A stretch of 63,961 bases of DNA, filler included, from Thelocarpon superellum (taxonomy: Eukaryota), in assembly GCA_026025795.1 (NCBI GenBank). It is 7 parts of 7 records of this genome, joined end to end, with 100 filler letters (N's around TTAATTAATTAA, not from the genome) between each part and the next. Parts side by side here need not be neighbours in the genome. Positions count along the whole stretch, not along the records: positions 39,734 to 49,541 come from JAPEUG010000554.1; positions 49,642 to 59,414 come from JAPEUG010000555.1; 5 more parts are not named here. The stretch is one strand, 5' to 3'. Numbering within the stretch: position 1 is the stretch's first letter; every line of letters begins with the position of its first letter. The position numbers and the translations under genes were made by a program. The notes below the pieces were generated by a model, which did not search any database, was not told where the DNA came from, and saw only the letters and a list, made by a program, of their open reading frames with translations. Of the stretch, positions 48,347 through 59,514 are shown in pieces.

Positions 48347-49381
48347 ATGTCCTCCTACCTCTCCACCATCCTCACCCACACAACCTCCCGATACAACTCC
48401 CTCCGCCGGACGCTGTTATCGGACGAAGGCGACGGCGATACCGAGGATGACACACACATCTCGCGCGTGCTACGGGCCTACTATACGGAAAAAGGCCGAC
48501 CATTCCCTCCCTGGCTGCCGCCGGATCCCAAGGCGCCCCAGGCCGCACCGGCACAGTTTGTCTCGGCCGCGGGACGACAACCGTCGCGGCCGGCGATGGG
48601 AGGTGGTGGTGGTGGCGGCCTCAGCGACCTGTGGGATGCGCCTCAGTCAGGGCCAGGGCCACGGGAGCCCTTGTCGCTGCGGAGCGGGCGTGGTGGGTCG
48701 GGACCGGAACGAGGTGGTAGCGCGGGGCCTGGACGATTCGGGAGCGGGAGCGGCAGCAGCGATATCGTGAGCGCATACGATCAACGAGGCGGTGGCGTGC
48801 GACCGGTGGAGCCACGACCGTTGCCAAGCCAGCGAGCCGGCAGTTATCAGAGCACGCATTCGCAGCGCTCGGATCTACGCTCGCAGGACGATTACCGACC
48901 GGAGACGAAAGCCACGGGGTCCAGCGCGCAGGCGCGGCTGAAGGCCAAACTTTCGAGCGGTAGCCGGACGAGCCCGGTGCCGTCGCCCCTGGCCAGTCCA
49001 TTGCCCCCTACGTCCAGCCGACAGGGGTCGTACGACCGCACACCCGGCTTTGAAGATCAGTCGGGGTATGGTCGGAAGAGCGGTCGGAGCGAGCGGGAGC
49101 AACGGGCATATGGGGGCTCGTCGGCCGCCTGGGCGTCTGGAGACGACGGCGGGTCGGGGGGCGGAGGGGGTGGTGGAGGTGGTGGAGGTGGTGGAGGTGG
49201 GTATGGAGACCGGGGTCATAGTGGAGGAGGGGGCTATGGCGAGCGGAGCCATAGCGGTGGCAGTGGCTCATCCCGGGGATATCAAGACTCCGGCAGTGGA
49301 GGAGGGGGATACGGTCGACGGCCACCACAGTCGCAAGGTGAGAACCGCTATGGCCTTCCAAGCGGCCCCAAACGGCGATAA
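48347..49381 (+). CDS. MSO1: Sec1-binding exocytosis protein Mso1 with Gly/Ser/Arg-rich tail
   Basis: N-terminal DGDTEDDTHISRVLRAYYTEKGRPFPPWL; C-terminal GLPSGPKRR. Confidence 0.88.
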   Translation: MSSYLSTILTHTTSRYNSLRRTLLSDEGDGDTEDDTHISRVLRAYYTEKGRPFPPWLPPDPKAPQAAPAQFVSAAGRQPSRPAMGGGGGGGLSDLWDAPQSGPGPREPLSLRSGRGGSGPERGGSAGPGRFGSGSGSSDIVSAYDQRGGGVRPVEPRPLPSQRAGSYQSTHSQRSDLRSQDDYRPETKATGSSAQARLKAKLSSGSRTSPVPSPLASPLPPTSSRQGSYDRTPGFEDQSGYGRKSGRSEREQRAYGGSSAAWASGDDGGSGGGGGGGGGGGGGGGYGDRGHSGGGGYGERSHSGGSGSSRGYQDSGSGGGGYGRRPPQSQGENRYGLPSGPKRR

Positions 49382-49541
49382 AAGATGCCTGGTCTAGATT
49401 TCCTGGGGGGCCCCAACGGATGTGCCCACGTAGCCCGAGAAGTAGTGATGCACTGCCATGATGAGGAATGTTCTGTTGGCCCTGGAGCAAGGTTGTGGCG
49501 TGAGCAGGTAGCCTCACAGAAAGTGGAATGCACCGCACGCT

Positions 49542-49641
49542 NNNNNNNNNNNNNNNNNNNNNNNNNNNNNNNNNNNNNNNNNNNNTTAATTAATTAANNN
49601 NNNNNNNNNNNNNNNNNNNNNNNNNNNNNNNNNNNNNNNNN
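49542..49641. other. Artificial contig linker
   Basis: N44-TTAATTAATTAA-N44. Confidence 0.99.
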
Positions 49642-50542
49642 GACAAACAGAATCCCATTGGCGTGTGGTACGAGAAGGTGTCGGAGAAGGTGTCGGAATA
49701 TGTGCCGCCGGCCGTCTCCGAGGCCTTCGAGCCCGTCCGGCCCTACCTCGCGCCCGTGGCAAACTACCTAAAGCCCATGTACGCCGCCTTCACCCCGATC
49801 GACGACGTGGCTTCCAAGGTGGCGTCCAAGAACGTCGTCACCCTGGGCTTGGACAATTGGAAGTCCGTCTTGACCCCGGCCGCGTCGTCGTCCCAGGACC
49901 CCGAGGTCTGGTGGGTCTTTGTGACGGGGGGGAACAAGACGTGCTATGGCCAGTGTGACAAGGTCGAGAAGGCGTGGAATGTGAGTGGTCTCGCCCGATG
50001 GAGGGGAGACACCAGGACTGATCTGATGCGTGTCAGGAATCCGCCATGCGCCTGGCCACCACGGTCTCCGCGCCGCATCTGGCTCGGCTCAATTGTGACG
50101 TCTCGCCAGTCCTCTGCCACGCCTGGGCGGCCTCGCCCCCAGCCATCTGGCACATCACTCGTCCTCGGCCGTCCGGCGCGGGCAGTAAGAGCCAGATCCA
50201 CATCGTCTCGTTGAACAGCACGTCGACCACGTCATCGGAGATCATGGACATCCACGCTGCCGAGACATGGAAGAAGCAGCCGCCCTATGAGGGGCTCTTC
50301 CATCCCTTTGACGGCATCTTCGCCCAACTGGGCGTGTCCGAGGTGGTAGGATACGTGCTGTGGGGCTTCGCCATGATCCCCAGCTGGATGTTCATGCTCA
50401 TCATCAGCATTGGCAGCCGCACCTTCCTGTGAGTAACGCATCCATCCATCCGTGGTGCAGGAGACTGATGAGCCGTGGCAGGGGTGGTCGAGCGGCAAAC
50501 CCCGCACCACGCGCGGCCCCGGCACCGGCTGCCGCGACATGA
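49642..50542 (+). CDS. Fungal thioredoxin-fold membrane protein (TMX-like), 5'-truncated, 2 introns
   Basis: LDNWK..WWVFVTGGNKTCYGQC..WN, LARLNCD..LCHAWAASPPAIW, YEGLFHPFDG, C-terminal TM IPSWMFMLIISIGSR. Confidence 0.75.
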
Positions 50543-50647
50543 TGACCTGCGCAGATGGGTAGCGTTGTAATCGGTGATGAGGGATCTCACCGCGGAGGGA
50601 TGGGCTGTTGTTTGGACGTAAGATTGGCATCCAGGTCGTGCTCGGGT

Positions 50648-51311
50648 TCAGACGTTATCGCAAACTTCTTGCAGCCGTTGCAGACCTTCCATAACATCGT
50701 GACCCACGTCGTCCGGCCCGCCCGATGGCCGGCCGAAGCGCCCGTAGCGCAAGTCGCTCAGATCGCCAATCGTATGCTTGATCTCGACGAGGGTCTCGTC
50801 GGCGTCGCGCTCCATCTCTTGAATCTCCCTCTCGATCTCGGCGCAGGCGGCTTCGAGCTCGGGAAGGAAGCTGGTCAAGGTGTGGGGTCTGCTGAATGGA
50901 AGATTGGACGTTGGGCCAAATAGCTGAGACATGGTCAGTTCCGCAGGAGCATGACATCAACTGGCATTGATCCACCGGCATCGTCCATCGACGTACCTCA
51001 ATCTCCATGTCTACCTCGCGGCCCTCATGTTCGTCCAGGCCCAGTTCCTCCCTCTGTGCTTTCCTCCGCGCCCGCACGACTTCTCGCCGCTGTTTCTCCC
51101 CGCGCTTGGCCTCGACTGAGATGTGTTGCTTCACCTGATCGACCACCAGCGCGCGTTGATGCTGTAGCTCCCGGTAGAGGTCGGTGACCTGAGGATTGGA
51201 TCGCAGGGCGCGGGGAAAGAGCTCCTTGAAGTCGGACAGCGAGAGGACGGTGGGCAGAGATGCCGGGGCGAGCAGGAATTGCGTCAGGATGGATGACTCG
51301 GTCGGTGCCAT
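50648..51311 (-). CDS. Inner kinetochore protein of the Cnl2/Nkp2 family (2 exons)
   Basis: MAPTESSILTQFLLAPASLPTVLSLSDFKELFP..LYRELQHQR; second exon IGDLSDLRYGRF. Confidence 0.88.
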
Positions 51312-51667
51312 GGTGGCGGAAAGTGGGGTGGTGGGAAGATGCCGGGCAGGTGTGGTGGGAGGGACGCGGACAGTAAATAGATGACCAGCATAGACAACGT
51401 GATCGCGTGAGTGGAGCGGCCGACGCGAAGCGACGTGACTGACAGCGACCGACGGCTACTACCGTGACGGCGACTACCGTGACGGCGACAGTGGGCGAGG
51501 CAGCGTGAAGTGGGCGACTTGACCACCCAGGGCGACAGCCGAACGACACCAAAGCCACGGTCGGAGAAGACTCGAGGTCCGACAGCATTGCACTCCACTT
51601 TCCCTCGCACAAGACTTGTCCTGGCAAGCCCTGACTGGTCTGCACCTTGGTATCTACCACCGCCACG

Positions 51668-52884
51668 ATGGCGCCGTCCAACCAGTCGGCCTATGTGAAG
51701 GACGAGCGAGTGCTCTGCTTCCATCACGAGCTCCTCTACGAGGCCAAAGTGACCGACGCCAGAGCCACAGACGCCAACGACAAGAAGAGTGCGATGCAGT
51801 ACAAGGTGCATTACAAAGGATGGAAGAACACGTACGTGCAGCGTGCATCTTCATGGGGCCAGGCGCGGGGCATGCCGGCGGTCGTCCCCACCACGACCGT
51901 GACTGACGTGCTAGCTAGGTGGGACGACTGGGTACCGCAAGACCGGCTGCGAAAGCTGACGGACGAAAACCGAGAGCTGGCGCAGAACCTCAAGCGGGAG
52001 GTGGAGATGGCGCGGCATCAGAGCTCCAACACCTTCAAGAAGGCGCCGACCTCGACCAAGAAGAAGACGGGCGGTGGATCGGACTTTGGCAGCACGCGCG
52101 GCAGCGAAGAGCGCCATTCGTCCGTGCAAGCGCACGCAGGACCCCGGGGACAGAAACGGGGGCGTGACTACGAGCTGGAGAAGGTAAGATGCGGATGGAA
52201 CGTCGACTTCCGAGCGCGGACGCGTCTGACCCCGCGCAGGAAGAGAACTTTCACACGCGCCCGTCGGTGCGGCTCGTCATCCCGGACCACCTGAAGGCCA
52301 TCCTGGTCGACGACTGGGAGAATGTGACCAAGAACCTCCAGCTCGTGCCGCTCCCGTCCAAGACGCCCGTCAACGTCATCCTGACCCAGTACTTCAACGA
52401 AGAGATGCCCAAACGACGGGCGGGCTCGGCCGAGGCGGATGTGCTCGAAGAGGTGATTCAAGGCATCAGGGAATACTTTAGCAAATGCCTCGGTCGAATC
52501 CTGCTGTATCGGTTCGAGCGGGATCAGTACTTTGAGATTCGCTCCTTGTGGGAGGACGGGAGCAGCGAGACGTACAAGGGGCCGGGCGATGTCTACGGGC
52601 CCGAACACCTCTGTCGATTGTTTGGTGAGCCGTCCTTCCCGCTTCTCTCCTTCTTCTCTTTCGTCTCCCCCTGCCATTCCAGCGGTCTAACGTGATTCAA
52701 CCGTGCTCCAGTCTCGATGCCAGAGCTGATCGCGCAGACAAACATGGACGCGCAAAGCGTTAGTCGACTCCGCGAAGAGCTCGCAAAAGTGACGCAGTGG
52801 ATGGGCAAGCACAGCCAGCGCTTCTTCACGGCCGAATACGAGAATGCGAGTCAGGATTACATTGAGAAAGCGCGGGGAGTATGA
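51668..52884 (+). CDS. EAF3: Chromodomain/MRG protein Eaf3 (NuA4/Rpd3S), multi-exon
   Basis: VLCFHHELLYEAK, YKVHYKGWKNTWDDWV, LKAILVDDWENVTKN, LGRILLYRFER, YGPEHLCRLF, PELIAQTNMD. Confidence 0.96.
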
Positions 52885-52981
52885 AGGGAGGGTAAGGCGG
52901 CGCCGGGGGTGTCAATGTGCTCTGTACCAAGTCCTGGGAAGAGTTATACTGGCCATGCATTTGGAGCGAGTTCGGCCCGTG

Positions 52982-54387
52982 TTACGCGCTCAGGCGGGCC
53001 AAATCGGCCTTCAGCGCCGCCCCGTCCTCCAGCAGCGCCTTGTAGCGAGCCACGAGCGGCATCATTTCCCCCTCGCCCTCGCCACCCCCACTCACGCCCT
53101 GATATTGCCGTAGCAGGGACGTGGCAGCCTGGATGCGTTCGTGGAGCAGCGTCTGCGTGCGCTGCAGATGGCCACTGTAGCTCTGGAGGGCATTGCGGGC
53201 CGCCGGCGTGTAAATCTGACTTTCGGTCTCGGCTTTGCTTATACTTCTCGTTCATGCCGGCGTTAGCATTCATTCTATAGGTGTTCTATCGATGCGCAGG
53301 CATGGAAAAGACAATCAGGGATGATTGAGGGGTAAGTGGATGGACAGGGGAGGGTGCGATGACGTGGCTGGGGAAGAAGAGAGGGAGGAACCAACAGCAT
53401 TTTCGAATCCAGCGCCTGCGCGACAGCAGCCAAATGAGTCGATTGCGCCTTGACGCCGCGCGTCATCGTGCCCAATTTCGTCTGTTCGAGGATGCGAATG
53501 CTGCGTTCCAGCAGCGCTGTGTAGAGTTCGAGGATCGAGCTCGTGGTATTGGCAATGCTGGTCCTGGATCTGCTGATGTCCGTTTCCAGCTCGGCGATGT
53601 GCGCGCGGCGTGATGTGATTTCTTCGGCGGGGTGGCGGGCAGACGGATGCTGGTCGGGTGACGTCCGCGTGTCTGTAGGGCGGACAATTAGATCCGAATT
53701 TGATATGGAGGCGAATCAGTCAAGCTGGGATACGCACCATCCCGGGAAACAACACTGGACAATGACACCACGTCTTGCGTGAGGCGGTCCGAGACAAGCC
53801 GGCCTATCTCCGAAATGTCGTCCTAGATGCGTCCAAACATCAATGAAATGAACGCTTTAATGTTCTATAGCAGCTTTACCAACCATGAAAAAATCCACGT
53901 CATCTTGGAGAAGATCTCGATCTTCGTCGCTGAGCCGGGTCGTCAGTCGTGCCGCAACAAGCGGAATGACCTCCGCGAGCTATTCCATCCGTCCTGTCAA
54001 CTGATCTCATGGAGCAAAGGGGGCCCCGGCGGAATTGCTCACCTGCTCATTCGTCCCTCCACTGACTGTTCCTAAAGACTGTCGAAGAATCTGGGACTTT
54101 GCTCTTCGATTTTGTTCTTGGCGGAGTTCCTGCATAGTCGTCAACACCCACGCAGAACCAAAGTAGACACTTTCTAAGCGGTCGAAATTTAAGACTGGCA
54201 ATATCAAAACCACCAATTTGAAAATACAAAGGGGACATTCTACCTTTGCAGTTTCATCCCTCGTCGCAAGCCAATAATCATCTCTCGTCGAGCCATCTAG
54301 AGTTAGAAATTCTTTGGCCAGAATTTTGAGCAATTTGGCAAACTTGGGGTTATCGTGCAGATCGGCCGGGTCGATGGCCGGGATCAT
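52982..54387 (-). CDS. Coiled-coil fungal protein, HAUS4/augmin-subunit-like (about 6 exons)
   Basis: Not in the ORF track as one unit. Hand splicing gives MIPAIDPADLHDNPKFAKL..LTLDGSTR..LLERSIRILEQTKLGTMTRGVKAQSTHLAAVA..IYTPAARNALQSY..LKADLARLSA*. Family call is from memory of similar fungal proteins. Confidence 0.65.
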
Positions 54388-54796
54388 TGCCTCGCTCGTT
54401 GAGTGACGCAGCAGGTGGGATCATTGCCTGCGATGCAGAGAAGACTTGATGTCATGATGATCATGTCCTGTCTATCATCTCGCTCGTCTAATCGTCAGCT
54501 CTATTCTTGGACCTGTTGTTGATGGCTCAAGTGGTGGTGGCGGTGGTGCTGGTTGGAGCCTTAAACCCGGGTAAACCACAGTGATTGCCTTCCAATATTC
54601 CGGTACAAGCTCGACCGCCGGTGCAAAGACAGTTGACCCCAATGCAACGAAGGACTCCAGGCGGCGTCGTTCCTCCATGACAATCCAAGATAAGCCCCAT
54701 CTCAATACCATGAACAACCTACCTCCACCTCCACTCTAAGTCCATTGGCTCACCATTGCCTCCCTTCCTCCCTCCCTCCCTCCCCTCGTACGCGAA

Positions 54797-55549
54797 ATGA
54801 ACAACCTCCACGGCTCGCTCACTCCTGCCCGCCTCTTCTCTAGCACCACCTCCCACTTCGCCCGCGGGTCCCGAAGCACCCTGGAGCGCCTCCACCGCGA
54901 CGTGCCCGAATACCCGTATGGCCCGGCCCTTTGGTACAAGAAAGCCAACTTCGGCTTGTACGGCGGAAGCCACATCCAATTCGGCAACACGGTGTCGGAG
55001 AAATTCGAGCTGAAGAACCGTCGGCGCTGGAAACCAAACGTGCACAATAAACAGCTGTGGTCGGCGTCGCTGGGGCGCTTCCTGCGCGTCAAGATCACCG
55101 CCAGGGCGCTGAGAACAGTGGATAAGGTCGGTGGGCTCGACGAGTACCTCCTCGGCGAGAAGCCGGCGCGGTTGAAGGAGCTGGGCATGAGCGGGTGGTT
55201 GCTTCGTTGGAGGATTATGCAGACGGAAGTGGTGAGAGAGCGCTTTCGCGCCGAGCGGGTCAGGTTAGGCCTCTCGCCTGCCAATGGCGCCGTACGAGTG
55301 GGAAAAGAAGGAGGAAGCGTGGAGAAGGAAGCAGAGGAAGCGGAGGAGATGGAGGAGGAGGAGAGAAGAGGTCCAGATGGCAGATTCTTAACGGCGAAGG
55401 AGCTGCGGCAGGAGATCGAGGGCTTGGATAGGGAACTCGACGACAGAGAGGCCGCGGCGGACCGAGACGACGTCGATCCGGATGAGGCGGTCGACGCGGA
55501 AGGCGAGCGCAAGGACCACTCCAAGAGGACGCAGCCACTGTCCTTATAA
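54797..55549 (+). CDS. MRPL24: Mitochondrial ribosomal protein bL28m
   Basis: VPEYPYG..WYKKANFGLYGG..IQFGNTVSE..RRRWKPNV..LWS..ALRTVDKVGGLDEYLL. Confidence 0.93.
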   Translation: MNNLHGSLTPARLFSSTTSHFARGSRSTLERLHRDVPEYPYGPALWYKKANFGLYGGSHIQFGNTVSEKFELKNRRRWKPNVHNKQLWSASLGRFLRVKITARALRTVDKVGGLDEYLLGEKPARLKELGMSGWLLRWRIMQTEVVRERFRAERVRLGLSPANGAVRVGKEGGSVEKEAEEAEEMEEEERRGPDGRFLTAKELRQEIEGLDRELDDREAAADRDDVDPDEAVDAEGERKDHSKRTQPLSL

Positions 55550-55941
55550 CATCCTCCTGCGTCACGCACCAACGCCCCCAATACACCGTTCCATCTTGCA
55601 TACTTCGCCATGGTATCAGATCTATCAATTCCACCGAAATACCTTGCAGCAATGCCATCACTGTCGTGCCATGCAACCGGTCGGTCCGAAGATCATCAGT
55701 CCAGCCCCCGGCCACAGGGCTCCCACAAGCCGCCCCCACAAAATGTTCTCACATAACCCCATTTCCATCCCTCCTCCCCGCCCAGTTCTTCCCCAAGCCC
55801 AAGACCTAGGACGACGAGACGGGCGGAGCAAGCTAGACCACCGTAGAGTCGACGCTCATGAACAAGAAGGGTAGATGGACCCGGACTCTGGACCCAGGTG
55901 GATGAAGCCGTCGTCCATCGCTCCTAGCCGCCCCCCCGCGC

Positions 55942-56557
55942 TCATGCGTCCAAGCCGTCGTAATACGCCTTCAATGCCTTTTCTACATCTTGATAATCCT
56001 TCTTCGCCTCCGTGAGTGCGTCCTTGATCCGCTTCAAGCAGACGTCGTCGCTGGGCTCGTCGTTGGCGCCGTTGTCATCCTTGTGCATCCCGTACCATTG
56101 GATTTTCTCGCAGCTATCTTTGACCTTGGTCAGTCCTAGCGTCGCTGATGACCCCTTGAGAAAGTGCCCGAGCGACGAGAGCTGCGCCAGATCTCGTTTT
56201 GTGCTGTACGGTCCGTGGGTCAGAAGGTTCACCAACACCTTGCTCACGAGCGGGGAGGGAGGATTGGGCGGCGTACAGGTTGTCGTCCATCTTCTCAAAG
56301 GTAGCTTCGGCCTGTTCAAAGAATCCGAAGACGATGCCTCGCGAGAACTCTCGACTCGCATCGTCCTCGTCCATCTCCAGGATCTGCTCAAACGTGGCTG
56401 GGTCAATGTTGTCTCCGTACTCGAGCATCTCTTGCAACCCCTCCTCACTCTGCCGCGGCTCCGTGGTCAGCGTGCAGTGCGGAGGCGGCCCCGCCGGCCA
56501 GCACCATCATACCTTGTGTTCCGAGGGCGCCGCACTTCTTGGGCCAGCGTCTGCCAT
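55942..56557 (-). CDS. YPD1: Histidine phosphotransfer (HPt) protein Ypd1/Mpr1 (3 exons)
   Basis: IDPATFEQILEMDED..FSRGIVFGFFEQAEATF, phospho-His motif LSSLGHFLKGSSATLGL..CEKIQ. The start could lie further upstream. Confidence 0.94.
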
Positions 56558-59414
56558 GTCGACCCACTTGTCCCCCACGAGTGTATCTTCTGGCGATTCC
56601 TTCCAAAATGGGGTGTCGGGGACTGTCACGACGGGAGGAGGGTCGGCCGAGGGGATCGTCCGCCGGCGAGAGGGTGGGAGAGAAGAGGCCGGGAAAAGGT
56701 AGGGAGATAGGTGCACGCGACTGAATCGTTGGTACGGATGAATGCAACGGGCCCGACAGTCGAAGGTGGGAGAAAATGCAGGCTCGAGCTTCACACAAGA
56801 TGCGGCGCACGACACGGGACCAAGGTGGGATGGACGGAGACAATCTCGGCGAGACAAGAGAAGATCACCCGATGGCTGGGGAGAAGGGTCAAGAACGCGA
56901 CGTTGGGAGACCCTACCTTCCCATGCCACGCCCGATAGCACACGTGCCCGAGAGGGTTGAGAAAGTAGGGGGGAAGAGAGAGAGAGAAAGAGGGCTAGGT
57001 GGGGAAAGAAGAGGAGGGGGAGGACGAGGCGAGGAGGATCTTGGTGAGGTCGGAGATAGACCACAGGGTGCGGGGGAGATCGAGAACTTCACGTCGACAC
57101 AATGTCGAACCCGTGGCCGAGCGGTTAGGGCAGAGATGGCCCGTGGGTATACGATCGCTGGCGCGGCGCAGATTGGGGGGAAGGAAGTCTGGCGGATGAC
57201 GAGAGCCTTACGGTGGTTCTATCAAGTCGGCTCCAGTGCCTCTGGCCTATTACTCCGTCACGCTTGCCTCACGCTTGCCGCTTCCCGCGTGGTCGAGGAA
57301 GCTACTTTGACAGATGAGAGATGGTAAAAATACTCCGGCCCCTCGACTATTGCGCGTCTCTGGCCCATCCACGCATGGAAATCCGCCGTCTTGATTTGGT
57401 CGGCCGGTGGGGGGTACGACGTAGTAGTGGTACTCGTCCTCGCGGTCGTCGGAGCTGGAGGAACTCGATTCCGACCAGGAATGTCGTGGTTGGAGCAGCG
57501 GCACTCGGGGTGGGAGGTCGACGGAGCTGCCTTTAGGGGTCCCCGCTACGACGCTCGTCCGTCGCTACGAGTGGCCAGTCACCCGGCGCTCGGCGTGTCG
57601 AACGGATGGAGACGGCGAGAAGAAAGGAAAAAGGGAAAAAGGGAAGACGAACGAGACTAGCGGCGCTCGCATCTGAAAACCACGCGCGCGTGGGAGAGGC
57701 GAAGGAGGACGGAGTGTCTGTGCTGGGCCCGTCGGTCCGCCTACATAGGAGGATGGGAGGAAGGGAGCATTGCTATACTTCGGACCCTGCCTCTGTCGAA
57801 CCCACTACCCCGACGGCTGCGGCCTACCGCCTCCTTCGTACTTGTACGCCTCGATCGAAGTTATCGACTTACCTTCGTCAGTAGGCTGGCCCCCCTCCCC
57901 CCAGGCCCTTGTGCCCAACGACTCGTGATGCTAGTGGGTTAGTGTGCGCTCCCAGGCCACGTACAAGTAGGTATGGAGCGTGCAATGAGGTCACAGGCCA
58001 AGGGCGGCTATGACGGCGGCGACAGCGACGGCGGCGGCGGTCGTGTGCGGTGGCCGTAGAGGCTACGGCGACGGAGACCGACCAGGCTTGGTGGATGAGG
58101 TTATCGGAGTCGAGCCGCGTCGCCGACGCCGAAGCACGAAACACGAGGCACGAAGCCGCCGCACGAGCAGCGGAAGGCCGAGCAGCAGCGTGCGCACCGA
58201 CATGCGGCGCACGAGGAGGAGCATGAGGTCACCAGAATACCATGGAGGCTACGGCAGCCGTACTCATGCACGGGCGTGGCCCACGATGCGGCCCTCCCCC
58301 ACTCCCACGGATCGACCGAGCAGACAAATTCCCTCCCCCCGGTCAAGCCCCTCACCGTGCCTCCCCCGTCCGAATCCCCCCGTGTCCCGACGGGAAAGCT
58401 TTAGCCAACTGTGGAGAGTCTTCATCCGGGTCGATCGGCCCTTACGCTTACGGCTGCACGGCTGCACGGCTGCATGGCCGTGGACCGGTGGAGCGGCGGC
58501 GGGCAGGTCGAGATTCGCTGGGGCCGCATCTGCGAGGGCGCAAAGGGGTGGTAGATAGGCCCGTGGCCGCGGTCGCGAGGCAACGCCATGCGACTAACGG
58601 TGGCAGGGTGGAAGGCGAACCGAAAGTGACATCACCCCGCCGATCACGACAGACCCTTCCTGAGCGAGCGGCTAGTGAGGCTAGCCGCTCTGGGAGCTCC
58701 ACCTCCCGGTAGCTTCGGTGCTGGACGAGAGCCGGGAGAGCTGGGACCGCTGGGACCGCGGGCATACGATGGCTAGGCGAGCGAAGGCCCTTTAGACTTT
58801 GGCCCGCGGATCTTCTCCCGCGGCGAGGTGAAGCCAGTCCCACCGTCCGGCACCCGGCGCCGACTGGCGTCCAGCGCGCGGCGTCAGCGCGCAGCGTCCG
58901 GCGCCCACCGCCAAGCCTCAAGCTTATCCATGGGCCCGCTCGTTCCCATCGCAGACGCACCGTGATCTCGTCCCATTATCTGCCATGCCAATCTGATCCA
59001 TGACCCACGGCCTCATCGACAGATGCCATTTTAGCATCCCGGTCTCCTCCGCAGCCCCGGGTCCCGCCCCCCTGGCCCTAGGTCACCAGAGGCGTGCGAC
59101 ATCGATCGAGGTCGAGGCGGCCATCACCGCACCCCTGTCGGCTCCGTGCAGTCCTGACGATACCGATGGCATGAGCTGCCCTCGCCGACTCCACGGAGCC
59201 CAGGACCGCTCACTGCACGTAGACGCACGTAGGAACAATGGGCAGGCTTGGGGCCGACCCGTCTAGGCCAATCTTTCTTGAGACCAGGAATACTCGTGGA
59301 TCTCGAGGCAGGCGTCGTACAGGTACCAGAAGTTCAAAGTGCCATCCGAACGCCCGACCGCTCCGCTTGCTCGACGGAGGCTTTTGGGTTACGGGAAAGG
59401 GGGCCACCCAGCGA

Positions 59415-59514
59415 NNNNNNNNNNNNNNNNNNNNNNNNNNNNNNNNNNNNNNNNNNNNTTAATTAATTAANNNNNNNNNNNNNNNNNNNNNNNNNNNNNN
59501 NNNNNNNNNNNNNN
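59415..59514. other. Artificial contig linker
   Basis: N44-TTAATTAATTAA-N44. Confidence 0.99.

Noticed and set aside
9855..59514. Regularly spaced TTAATTAATTAA as a biological repeat or CRISPR-like array
   Set aside because: Always embedded in N runs of identical length; it is a six-frame-stop assembly spacer.
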